NCBI GenBank assembly: GCA_030390025.1 | Contig: CM059432.1 | Span: forward strand, 36,086,001-36,150,000 | Length of the DNA: 64,000 nt | Direction of reading: 5' to 3' | Source: Squalus acanthias | Lineage: Eukaryota | Shown: positions 12,213-24,085 of the stretch, in pieces | How the letters are laid out: the number at the start of each line of letters is the position of its first letter | Position numbering within the stretch: the stretch's first letter is position 1 | Position numbers and translations under genes: made by a program | Notes under the pieces: generated by a model | Databases searched by the model: none | What the model was told of the DNA's origin: nothing | Seen by the model: the letters and a program-made list of their open reading frames with translations, nothing else

Positions 12213-13439
12213 TAACACAATCATGGGAGCACCATTACTACACAGACTCCAATGGTTCAAGGAAAAGGCCCACCACCACCTTCTCAAGGGCAACTAGGGG
12301 ATGGGCAATAAATGCCATCCTTGTCAGTGACATCCACGTCCTGAGAATAAATTTTAATATACTCAGCACCCATTGAACTGCACCCTGGGGAACTTATCCA
12401 CAGAAAGCCAGTAGCTCCTGGAGAGGAGGGGAGAGAAAAATAGATAAACTGAATGGAGGAGGATTTAAAACATTTCTAATTGTGAACAAGAAAACTTTTC
12501 TATTTCTTGAAATTGTGCTTGGCTCAGTCGGTAGAATTCTCGCCTCGGAGTCAAAAGGTGTGGGTCCAAGCCTCACTCCAGAGACTCGGGCACATAATCT
12601 AGCCTGAAACTTCAGTGCTGTACTGAGGGTGTGTTGCACTGTCGGAGATGCCGTCTTTCAGATGAGGCGTTGAACTGAGGCCCCATCTGTCCTCTCAGGT
12701 GGGTATCTGAGCTCCTCTAATTCTGGCCTCTTGCTTATCCCTGATTTTAATCATCCACCATTGGTGGCCATGCCTTCAGCTGCTTAGGCCCTAAGCTCTG
12801 GAATTCCCTCCCTAAACCTCTCTGCCTCTCTTTCCTCCTTTAAGATGCTCCTTAAAACCTACCTCTTCATCTGCTCTAATATCTCCTTATGTGGCTCGGT
12901 GTCAAATTTTGTTTTGTAACGCTCCTGTGAAGCGCCTTAGGACATTTTACTATGTTAAAGGCACTATATAAATGCATGCTCTTTCTTTTCATCCTCTTCC
13001 TAGTCTTCATGGGCATAAGTAATGCAACATAGCAGTTTGATACTTTAAAGCTTTAATAGTTCAACAACTTAAAATTGTAGGCTTGTGCGGTGTGGCTTTA
13101 AGAGCCCAAATTCTGGAACGGGGTTATTATCTCCTGGGGAGTTTTGATACATCAACTCTCAGCCAATCCTAATGAAAGTATGCTACCCCCCCCCCCCCCC
13201 CAACCCCCCAGCACCACGTGGGGTAGAGCTTTTACTCCCTCCCTCTCTGTGGCTTTTTTCAATAAAAAAGTAATTGAAAAGTAGCAAAGTGATTGAGTCA
13301 TTGAGAGAGACAGAGAGTAAGACGGAAAGGGAGAGACTGAGATACAGAGCCAGAGAGGGGGGAAAAACTTGGGAGAAAGGAGAGAACGGAGTGGAAAACC
13401 AAGGGCAAACGGAAAGGAAACAAAGTGTTAAAGTGAGTG

Positions 13440-13909
13440 CAAGAGGTTTGCCCGGTGCGGGGTTTGAGGTTTGCCCGGTACAGTGGGCTCTCCCGGGACT
13501 TGCGATCCCAGTTACGCTCCGGTCTCGCCCTCCGATGGCTCCACTCTGCCCGGCTCATTGATCAGCTCCCTGCTCCGGTACAGGGAGAGAGCGGGAGAAC
13601 TCGGTACCGGGACAAAGAGCGGGAGACTTGCCTAACTTTATACAGTTTTTTGTTAAACTTTTCTGTGTTTCTGTTTTTAATTATATTTGAGTTATGACCC
13701 CGGTCTCTCTCCTCCAGGCTGGGATCGTTCTGGTAGCGGAGTTTGCAAACTTGACCCGAATCAAATCTGGACTGGAGATTGATCTTCAACTACACTAGGA
13801 CTGGAAGCTGAACCAGACCGAACCAGGACTGGGGACTGGAAACGGCGCTGAACCGAACACTGGAATCTGAATTGAGTCGAGCCAGGGCTGGAAACTTTTC
13901 AAGGACAGG
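13440..13909 (+). promoter_or_regulatory. CpG-rich promoter / 5' UTR region of the p75-like gene
   Basis: Local CpG enrichment and no repeats immediately upstream of exon 1. Duplicated gaggtttgcccggt motif near 13443 and 13466. TSS not determinable. Confidence 0.5.
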
Positions 13910-13945
13910 ATGCGGCTGCAGTTTTGCCTGCTCTTCCTCTCCCGG
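13910..13945 (+). CDS. NRADD: p75NTR-like receptor (NRADD/NRH1) coding exon 1, signal peptide MRLQFCLLFLSR
   Basis: aggATG start in a CpG-rich region, perfect donor CGG/gtaagt. Phase 0 joins exon 2 to give a 15-aa signal peptide MRLQFCLLFLSRVLA. Confidence 0.75.
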
Positions 13946-14714
13946 GTAAGTGGGGCACTGTGGCGGGGGTCACGGTAAACAGTTTTGTTTTAATATTTTA
14001 TACAAGAGTTCAAAGTCTGTTTTATTCTGTTCCAAAATCCTTAAATTAATAAAAAAATAAATTCTAGGATAAAATACTAACTAACGTACGCGGGGAGAAA
14101 GAATTAAGCATTTATATGGCGCCTTTCACGACCTCAGGACATCCCAAAGCCCTTTACAGTCAATAAAGTACTTCTGAAGTGGAATCGCTGTTGTAATGTA
14201 GCAAACGCAGCAGCCAATTTGCGCACTGCAAGATCCCACAAACAGCACTGAGATAATGACCAGATCATCTGCTTTTAGGTGTTGGTTGAGGGATAAATAT
14301 TGGCCAGGACATTAGGAAACTGCAGAAAACAAAGGGAAGTCTGGTTAGGGAAACTGCGCTGCAAGAGGCTGAACACAAGAACATAAGAAATAGGAGCAGA
14401 AGTAGGTAATTCAGCTCTTTGAGCCTGCTCTGCCATTCAGTGAGATCATGGCTGATCTTGTACAACAACAACAACTCCACCTTGCCGCACTATCCCCATA
14501 TCCCTTGGTTCCCTTAATATCCAAAAATCTATCGATCTCAGTCTTGAATTTACTCAACGACTGAGCATCCACAGACCTCTGGGGTAGAGAATTCCAAAGA
14601 TTTACAACCCTTTGATGGGGGGGGGGGGGGGGTCTGGAACTCGCTGCTTGAAAGGGTGGTAGAGGCAGAAACCCTCATCGCATTTAAAAAGTACTTGGAT
14701 ATGCACTTGAAAAA

Positions 14715-15180
14715 GAAAAAAAGACTTGCATTTATATAGCGCCTTTCCTGTCCTCTGGATGTCCCAGGGCCCTTTGCAGCCAATGAGGCTCTTTTGAAGT
14801 GTGGTCACTGTTGTGGTGTAGGGGTCACGGCAGCCAATTTGCACGCAGCGGGTTCCCACGGATGGCAGTGTGGTAATTGACCAGATAATCTGTTTTAGTG
14901 ATGTTGATTGAGGGATACATATTGGCCAGGACACTGGGGAAAACTCCCCTGCTCTTCATCGAAATAACGCCATGGGATCTTTTATGTCCACCTGAGAGAG
15001 CAGACAGGACCTCTGTTAACGTCTCATCCGAAAGACAGCACCTCCGACAGTGCAGCACTCCCTTAGTACTGCACTGGAGTGACAGCCTAGATTTTTGTGC
15101 TCAAGTCACTGGAGTGGGGCTTGAACCCCCAACCTTCTGATTCAGAGGTGAGAGTGCTACCGCTGAGTCACAGCTGTCAC
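14715..15180 (-). mobile_element. Full-length DeuSINE
   Basis: tRNA-like head near 15180, Deu core and 3' tail, all in reverse orientation. Confidence 0.88.
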
Positions 15181-15874
15181 TTTGAAGTGCTGTAACCTAT
15201 AGGGCTACAGACCAAGAGCCGGAAAGTGGGATTAGGCTGGATAGCTCTTTTTCAGCCGGCACAGACATGATGGGCCGAATGGCCTCCTTGTGTGCCATAA
15301 ATATCTATGATTCTATGATTACTAGTCCAGGCACTACGGTTGGACTTAGTGCCTCTGGAGTGTGGGGGAGAATCAGTGTTGGTTGCTACTCCCTACTCAC
15401 TATCTATTGACACATCCATGCGCCCCCCCCACCCACCCCCCTCCCTCCGCTGGCAAGTGCAAGCCTGTGGGCATCAGGTGAGGAGAGGATCGGGCTCTTC
15501 TGTGATAGCTTCTGCAGTAAAATAGCCTGTCGATACTCACTGCCTAGTCATGTATGGTGTTTGGTGCCTGTGGAATTGCATCTCTGGAATGTGTCAACAA
15601 CTTCCGGGGGCCGGTGGGGGGAAGGAGATCGAAAAATCCTTCAGGCCATGACTCCTCTCATGGTTTCCTTGAGCCTGTGTGAAATGGGTGGATGATTTAT
15701 TTTTCACCAATTAATTTAAAATTGTAATCATTGCAACGTGTATTTATTTTTTAAACGTTTCCATAAGTGATTGAATTCTACAATGGAGAGTGAGATTCCC
15801 GAGTCCCTGACACAGATCCCATCGGCCTGTCGCTATGGGAGTCATGAGACGCTCAAACTCTTAGTCTTGTCTTT

Positions 15875-16330
15875 TGGCTCAGTGGGTAGCACTCTCACCC
15901 CTGAGTAGAAGGTTGTGGGTTCAAGCCTTACTCCAGAGACTTGAGCACCTAATCTCGGCAGACACTTCAGTGCAGTACTGAGGGAATGCTGCACTGTTGG
16001 AGGTGTCTGCTTTCAGATGAGACGTTAAACCGAGTCCCAGTCTGCCCTTTCAGGTGGACATAAAAGCTCCCATGGCACTGTTTGAAGAAGAGCAGGGGAA
16101 TTCTTCCTGGTGTCCTGGTCAATATTTATTCTTCAACCAACATCACTAAAACAGATTATCTGGTCATTTATCTCATTGCTGTTTGTGGGTGTTTGCTTTG
16201 TGCAAATTGCCTGCCGTGTTTCCCTACATTACAACAGTGACTACTCTTCAAAGAAGTTCATTGGCTGTAAAGCACTTTAGGACATCCTGAGGTTGTGAAA
16301 GGCTTTATATAAATGCAAGTTCTTTCTTGT
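15875..16330 (+). mobile_element. Full-length DeuSINE
   Basis: A box tggctcagtgg, B box gggttcaagc, Deu core, tail tatataaatgcaagttctttc. Confidence 0.88.
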
Positions 16331-16417
16331 CTTGCTTTTTCACTAGCCAGTGGAAACCTACGGTCTGCTCGCAGGGCTCCCAGACCGATTTTGGACAAAG
16401 AGGCATTTTGAGTGCAA

Positions 16418-18098
16418 TCATAGAATCGTAGAATGGTTACAGCACAGAAGGAGGCCATTCGGCCCGTCGAGCCCGTGCCGGCTCTCTGCAAGAGCACTTC
16501 AGCTAGTCCCACTCCCCCACCCTTTCCCCGCTACCCTGCAAATTTGTTTCCTTCAGGTCCTTATCCAATTCCCTTTTGAAAGCCACAATTGAATCTGCCT
16601 CCACCACCCTTTCAGGCAGTGCATTCCAGATCATAACCACTCACTGCGTAAAACATTTTTTCCTCATGTCACCTTTGGTTCTTCTGCCAATCACCTTAAT
16701 TCTATGTCCTCTGGTTTTCGACCCTTCGCCAATGGGAACAGTTTCTCTCTATCTACTCTGTCTAGACCCCTCATGATTTTGAACACCTCTATCAAATCTC
16801 CTCTCAACCTTCTCTGCTCTAAGGAGAAAAACCCCAGCTTCTCCAGTCTATCCACGTAACTGAAGTCCCTCATCCCTGGAACCATTCTTGTAAATCTTTT
16901 CTGCACCCTCTCTAAGGCCTTCACATTCTTCCTAAAGTGCGGTGCCCAGAATTGGACACAATACTCCAGTTGAGGTCGGACCGGTGTTTTATAAAGGTTC
17001 ATCATAACTTCCTTGCTTTTGTACTCTATGCCTCTATTTATGAAATTGAGAGGTCGCACAACACCAGGTTATAGTCCAACAGTTTTATTTGAAATCACAA
17101 GCTTTCGGAGCTATCTTCTTGCTCCTTCCTCAGGTGAAGTAAATTAGATACAGAATCGCCAAAGCATATATAGATAGAGAACAAAGCATGTGTACCTTAC
17201 AATTGCAGACCACTAAATTAAATCATCCTGACTATCTGCCGAGGTGTGATAAAGTTAATCAAGTCTGATTTAATTTAGTGGTCTGCAATTGTAAGGTACA
17301 AATGCTTTGTTCTCTATCTATATATGCTTTGGCGATTCTGTATCTAATTTACTTCACCTGAGGAAGGAGCAAGAAGATAGCTCCGAAAGCTTGTGATTTC
17401 AAATAAAACTGTTGGACTATAACCTGGTGTTGTGCGACCTCTCAATTTTGTCCACCCCAGTCCAACACCGGCATCTCCGCATCATGACCTCTATTTATGA
17501 AGCCCAGGATCCCGTATGCTTTTTTAACCGCTTTCTCAACCTGCCCTGCCACCTTCAATGATTTGTGCACATATTCCCCCAGGTCTCTCTGTTCATGCAC
17601 CCCCTTTAGAATTGTACCCTTTAATTTATATTGCCGTTCCTTGTTCTTCCTACCAAAATGTATTACTTTGCACTTTTCTGCGTTAAATTTCATCTGCCAT
17701 GCGTCCGCCCATTCCACCAGCCTGTCTATGTCCTCTTGAAGTCTATCACTATCCTCCTCACTGTTCACTATACTTCCAAGTTTTGTGTTGTCTGCAAATT
17801 TTGAAATTGTGCCCTGTACACCCAAGTCCAATTCATTAATATATATCAAGAAAAGCAGTGGTCCTAGTACCGACCTCTGGGGAACACCACTGTGTACCTT
17901 CCTCCAGTCTGATAAACAACTGTTCACCACTACTCTGTTTCCTGTCACTTAGCCAATTTTGTATCCATGCTGCCACTGTCCCTTTTAATCCATGGGCTTC
18001 AACTTTGCTGGCAAGCCTAATTATGTGGCACTTTATCAAACGCCTTTTGGAAGTCCATGTACACCACATCAACCACATTGCACTCATCAACCCTCTCA
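16418..18098 (-). mobile_element. CR1 LINE fragment (RT to 3' end) carrying a fold-back insertion
   Basis: Minus ORFs with VVYMDFQKAFDKVPH, SGVPQRSVLGP, KFADNTKL, RPQLEYCVQFW. Confidence 0.92.
17045..17487. mobile_element. Penelope-like fold-back element, long copy; hammerhead-like motifs at 17354-17396 (+) and 17095-17137 (-)
   Basis: 183-bp arms 17043-17225 and 17266-17448 (1 mismatch seen), 40-nt loop, tail ending catcatga. 14-bp TSD cctctatttatgaa at 17031-17044 and 17488-17501. Confidence 0.88.
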
Positions 18099-18109
18099 GT
18101 TGGTTCAAG

Positions 18110-18260
18110 TGACGGGGGTGAAATTGGTTTTCGGCAGTTGCACGAAACAAGTTCATAGCGAATTGGTAAGTCAGTAGATAAGATAATCGGGGTTAAACTG
18201 GCTGCCAATTTGCTATGAGCCCAACTTGCGCTACAGCCGAAGACTAATTTCATCCCATCA
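18110..18260. mobile_element. Small MITE-like imperfect palindrome
   Basis: Left end gggggtgaaattggttttcggc..tcatagcgaattgg mirrors right end ccaatttgctatga..gccgaagactaatttcatccc. Confidence 0.65.
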
Positions 18261-19059
18261 CTTTAAGTTCACTCCAAGTTATTGCACTTGAAAATAGTCC
18301 CTCTTTCTCGCTCTTTCCCCGTTATCCTGAAAATTTTTCCTTTTGAAGTAACTATAAAATTCCTTTCAGTTACTATTGAAGCTGCTTCCACCACTCTTTC
18401 AGGCAGTGCATTGCAGATCATAACAACTCGTTGCATAAAAAAATCTCATCTCCCCATCCATGAACAGAATGCAAGCCTTCTGTATTGAGTCCTTGTCCTA
18501 ATCCCCTCTTTCTGTATTCCTGGGCCTGGTGGGCTTTCCAATGAGGTCACTGGATAGGGATCAGGTGTGCGATCCTTGCATGATATTCTGCCTCATCCCC
18601 TTCCCCCTCCCAGCCTCTGGGCGCTGAGGCTAGTGGTTGTGAACCAATTGCCTAAGATCAGCTAACTGAAATCAGACTGGGCAACCAACCCTTGGAGCTT
18701 CCTGCTAAGTTTGGCTCAGTACCGCATCAGATGGAGCCCTTGCCCACTGGACGAGCCTGGATAAAAAGCTTTAATCTGCAACATGCCGGGAAGGGGAACG
18801 GGAAAGGGTGTTGTTTTTCATGCCTCGAGGCCAGGAGCAGTTCCACCTCTTGACAGCTGCACAACTGAAACCCACCCTAGACCAATAATTTCAACACCAC
18901 CAGCTTTCAGAGCCATGCCTGTCCATTTTGATTAACAGAATGTCCCATGTTGACACTTAATATTTTTCTGTACTGTAGCAGAGCCCCAGTAAAGGGTCAT
19001 ATTAGTTTCTATAAAAACTGTTGGGAGTTGCCCCCTGTCCCCCAGTTAGATAATTTTTA

Positions 19060-19480
19060 TTATTCATTCTCGGGACATGGAAGTTGCTTGTAAGGCCAGC
19101 ATTTATTGCCCATCCCTAGCTGCCCTTGAGGAGGTGGTGGTTGAGTCTTCTCTTTGAACTGCTGCATTGTAGCGGTTTGATACAACTGAGTGACTTGCTA
19201 GGCCACTTCAGAGGGCAGTTAGATGCCAACCAAGTTATTGTGGGACTGGAGTCACGTATAGGCCAGACCAGGTAAGGACGGCAGGTTTACTTCCCTAAAG
19301 GACATTAGTGATGTCAAACCAGTTGAGTTTTTACGACAATCCAACAACGTCATGGTCGCTTTTACTGATAACAGCTTTTTATTTCTCAAACTGCCACGTT
19401 GGGATTTGAACGCATTCTCCGGATTATTAGTTCAGGCCCCTTCATTACTAGTACAGTAACATAACCACCACGCTAATGTA
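19060..19480 (-). mobile_element. Near full-length tRNA-head SINE whose 3' tail matches the LINE at 870-3115
   Basis: 19060-19170 is the reverse complement of the LINE end (caccacc..ctcaagggca.ctagggatgggcaataaatgc). tRNA-like head near 19480. Confidence 0.72.
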
Positions 19481-22009
19481 CCCCATAATGTACCAGCTGG
19501 TGTGGAACTGAGCTGTGCAGCTGTGAAGGTTGCAGGTTTGATTGGCCAAAGTCGGTTGAGCTCACTACCTAAGGGGAGGGAAAAGTCTGCCAGTGTCGCT
19601 GCCTCCAGATCGCTGTCCAGTGACTCCTGCTGGGAGATGGGCCTCAGGTGGAGATAGAACTGGGCTCAGCAGTGCTGCCTTGTTTCCCCTGCCCCCCACA
19701 CACCCTTCCACCACCGTGGAATAGCTGCTTGCCACTCACTGACTTGGATCACGCATGAAGGATGAGCACCTGGGTGAGGTACTGCAGAACTGCCCAGCAA
19801 GGAGTTGACGGCTAGGGAGAGCAGGGGCAGATCTAGTTTGTGAAGTAGTTGTACACTTGGGTAACAATGAACTGCCCTCTCTTCCTCATTCTGATACGAG
19901 TCCACATTTTCAGGAGAGGAATAAAACCCAGCGTGTGCTTGGGTGGGATGGGGTGGGTTTACTGGCTTGGAAGGGTTCCTCGTTCCTAACCCTAATGGGG
20001 CCCAATCAAAACTGAGTCATTCCTAGGAACATAGGAGTTGGAGTAGGCCATTCAGTCACCGGGTCAACCAGTGTGTCTTAACTGGTATGATCTGCCTCAA
20101 TAACCCCTTCACAAGGTCACAAGATAATTACGGATGGAGAAGGCCATTCGGCCCATCTTACCTCATTTACCCAGCAAGATCCTATCCCCCCTTAATGTAG
20201 TATCCAATTGCTTTTTAAAGGGTTTTTGCCCCCACTACTCTATCTGAAAGTTTATTCCACACATTGATCATTACTCTTTTTGTGTGAAGAAGAAGCTTCT
20301 GACATCAGTGATAAAATGACCTATTACTTCCCCTTGTTGTACTCCCATAGTTTAATTGAAAGTAATATTCTGGATTTTTTTTCCCATCTCCCTAACAATC
20401 TTGTATCCCTTGATAAGATCACCTCTGAGACACCTCCTTTCCAAGCTGAAAGTCGCAAGTCTCTCCAGCCTTTCCTCATAACTTGGGCCCCTGACACTGG
20501 GGACTGGCCTTGTAGCTCTTCTCTGCACTGCCTCCAGTGCTCAAGTGTCTCCCTTGTTTCTTCGATCAGAACTGACCCAGAACCCTGTACAGTTTGATCA
20601 TTAACGCCTCTAATTTATAATCTATTGTCTTGTGTCTGTAGTTTAACATCCTATGCATTCAATGAATCTTGCAGGACAAAAGGAGACCATTCAGCCCATC
20701 GAGCCTGTGCCGGCTGTTTGAAAGAGCTGTCCAATTCGTCCCACTCCCCACTCTTTCCCCATAGCCCTGCAAAGTTTTCCTTTTCAAGTATATATCCAGT
20801 TCCCTTTTGAAAGTTACTGTTGAATCTGCTTCCACCACCCTTTCAGACAATGAATTCCAGATCATCATAACTCGCTGTGTAAAATAAATTCACCTCATCT
20901 CCCCTCTGGTTCTTTTGCCAATTATCTTAATTGATTGGACATGTTGGCCTGAACATCTTACAGACCAACAAGGAGACAGCGTGAGCTGGGAGCAATGGGT
21001 CACGCTTCACTAACTGACAGAAATTCTTTTGAGGTGGGGGGGGGGTGTGAGTAAACCACAGGGTGAGAGGTCCCAGTGGATAGAATTTAAATGGATTCTT
21101 AAAGACATTTGACGAAGTTTTGCAATTTCTTTGCACAGTTTTCTCTCCTTCCCTCCTGAGGGCATGTTGACTTTTGCCGGGGTGCAGTTTTGCAGGCGTT
21201 GCATCCTCGTCCAGTACCTCGTCCGAGTGGCCATACTTGGGAGCCCAAACAGTACCTGTGGCTGTTTGACCATAAGGAGAATCACTGCTGAGGCTGATGG
21301 TGTCCTCACCCAACATCCATCTCCATACACGCACACAAGCACTTCACAGTGGGGTGGGACAAGGTCACGGGGATAGTGATCGGAAGACTTGGGATCAGAA
21401 ATAATTCCCCACAGGTGAGAGGAAAAGCTCAGTTGATGCTGTGCCAATTAACGGTTTGAAAGCAGAGTTAGGATGCCTTCCTGGTTAGGAGGAGGGCTAA
21501 GGGTTAGAAGGAGAAGTACAGATGGAGGTGACCAATTGGTGTTTCCTGAGGTGCCGGGAGTCTGGACCTATCCTGTCAGGGAAGGTGATGTTCTAGTGGA
21601 TGATGTAGGATGTGAGCTGATTTCCCCATTTCACGTTGAGTTAAGAGACCCCGATTTAGGGGTCCCAATAGGGACTGTGCAGGAGTAAAGGTATTTTGGT
21701 ATCCACGTACACAAATCATTAAAAGATAGTGCATAGTTACAAAAATGTATCAAAAAGGCTAATGGAATGTTGGCCTTAATCTCAAGGGCTGGAATACAAA
21801 GGGGAGGAAGTGATGCTTCAGTTGTACAGAGCCTTGGTCAGACCCCATTCAAAGTACTGCGTTCAATTTGGGCATCGAACGTCGGAAAGGATACATTGAC
21901 CTTGGATGGGGTACAGCGCAGATTCACCAGGGCTTAAAATTTAAAATGTTTGGCAGACATTTAAAGAAATAATTCATAATTCACAGCGAATATGCATTCC
22001 TTTTAAGGA

Positions 22010-23495
22010 ATAAAAGCCCCACGGGGAAATCCCCTGGACCTGATGGCCTACATCCTAGGGTTTTAAAAGAAGTGGCTACAGAGATAGTGGATGCATTGAT
22101 TTTGATCTTCGAGAATTCCCTAAATTCTAGAATGGTCCCCTGCGGATTGGAAGGTAGAAAATGTAACCTGCTTTTCAAGAAAGGAGGGAGAGAGAAAACT
22201 GGGAACTACAGGCTGGTTAGCCTGCCATCAGTCGTCGGGGGGGAAAATGCTAGAATCTACTATTAAGGACGTGGTAACAGGGCACTTAGAAAATCATAAT
22301 ATGATTGGGCAGAGTCAACGTGGAAAGGGAAATCGTGTTTGACAAATTTAAGAGTTTTTTTGAGGGTGTAACTAGCAGGGTAGATAAGGGGGAAACCAGT
22401 GGATGTGGTGTATTTGGATTTTCAGAAAGCATTTGATAAGGTGCCAGACAAGAAGTTATTACACAAAATTAGGGCTCTTGGGATTGGGGGTAATATATTA
22501 GCATGGATTGAGGATTGGTTAACGGACAGAAAACAGAGAGTAGGAATAAACGGGTCATTTTCGGGTTGGCAGGTTGTAACTAGGATCATTGCTTGGGCCT
22601 CAGCTATTTATGATCTATATCAATGGCTTAGATGAGGGGGCTGAGTGTAATGTATTCATGTTTGCTGACGATACAAAGCTGGGTGGAAAAGTAAATTGTG
22701 AAGTGGACGCAAAGGCTTCAAGGGGATATAGACAGGCTAAGTGAGTGGGCAAGAACATGGCAGATGGACTATAATGTGGCAAAATGTGAAGTTATCCACT
22801 TTGGTAGGATAAATAGAAAAGCAGAATATTTTTTAAATGGTGAGAGATTGGGAAATGTTGGTATTCAGAGGGACCTGGGTGTCCTTGTACACGAATCACT
22901 GAAGGTTAACATGCAGGTACAGCAAGCAATTAGGAAAGCAAATGGTATGTTGGCCTTTATTACAAAAGGATTGGAGTATAAGAGTAAAGAAGTCTTACTG
23001 CAACTATATAGGGCCCTGGTGAGACCACACCTGGAGTACTGTGTACAGTTTTGGTCTCCTTACCTAAGAAAGGATATACTTGCCATAGAGGGAGTGATTG
23101 AGGAGACTAGGCCTATCTTCCCTAGAATTTAGATGAATGAGAGGTGATCTCATTGAAACATATAAAATTCATACAGGGATGTTTCCCCTGGCTGGGGAGT
23201 CTAGAACCATTGGTCACAGTCTCGGAATAAGGGATCGGCCATTTAGGATGAGATGAGGAGAAATTTCTTCACTCAAAGGGTGGTGAATCTTTGGAATTTT
23301 CTACCCCAGAGGCTGTGGATGTTGTCGTTGAGTACATTCAAGACAGAGATCGATAGATTTTTGGATATTAAGGGAATCGAGGGATATGGGGATAGTGCAG
23401 GAAAGTGGAGATGAGGTAGATGACCAGCCATGATCTTATTGAATGGCGGAGCAGGCTCGAAGGGCCAAATATTTCTTATATTTTTATGTTCTTAA
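22010..23495 (+). mobile_element. CR1 LINE ORF2 fragment to 3' end (frameshifted)
   Basis: KSPGPDGLHPRVLKE, NYRLVSL, VVYLDFQKAFDKVP, FADD, RPHLEYCVQFW. Confidence 0.92.
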
Positions 23496-24085
23496 TGGGT
23501 TAAATTATGAGGGCAGGTTCCATAAACTTGTTTAGAAGTTTAGACAATTGAGGGGTGATCTAATTGAGATCTTTAAAATGAGAAAGGGGTTCGATAGGGT
23601 AGATACAGAGAAAATATTTCCTCTAGTGAATGAATCTAGAACAAGGGGGCATAATCTTAAAATTAGAGCCAGGCTGTTCAGGCGTGAAATCAGGAAGCAC
23701 TTTTTCACACAAAGGGTAGTAGAAATCTGGAACTTGCTCTCCCAAAATGCTGGGTGATTTGAAATTTTCAAGACTGAGATTGGTAGATTTTTGTTAGCTA
23801 AGGGTATCAAGCAATATTCACGTTTAGCTGCGCAGCTGTCTGGCGCTCCCGTGCAGGCCGCTTGCCGGTTTCTCAATGGAAAAACCGCGCATGCGTGGAA
23901 TTTTGAATGGGCCGCGTAGCCCCTTAAAGCGGCCGCGCACCCAAAGAAGAATTAGAGGGAACATTGGTATCAAGGGATATGGAACAAAGGTGGGTAAATG
24001 GAGTTGCGGTATAGATCAGCCATGATCTAATTGAACGGTGGAACAGGCTTGAGGGGCTGAATGGCCTACTCCTGTTCCTATGTTT
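23495..24085 (+). mobile_element. CR1 3' fragment with nested MITE
   Basis: RGDLIEIFK..RTRGHNLKIR..FFTQRVVEIWN; tail cctactcctgttcctatg. Confidence 0.85.
23812..23966. mobile_element. hAT-type MITE (CAATGTTCCC ends)
   Basis: 8-bp TSD gtatcaag at 23804-23811 and 23967-23974, imperfect TIRs. Inverted relative at 60396-60534. Confidence 0.82.
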
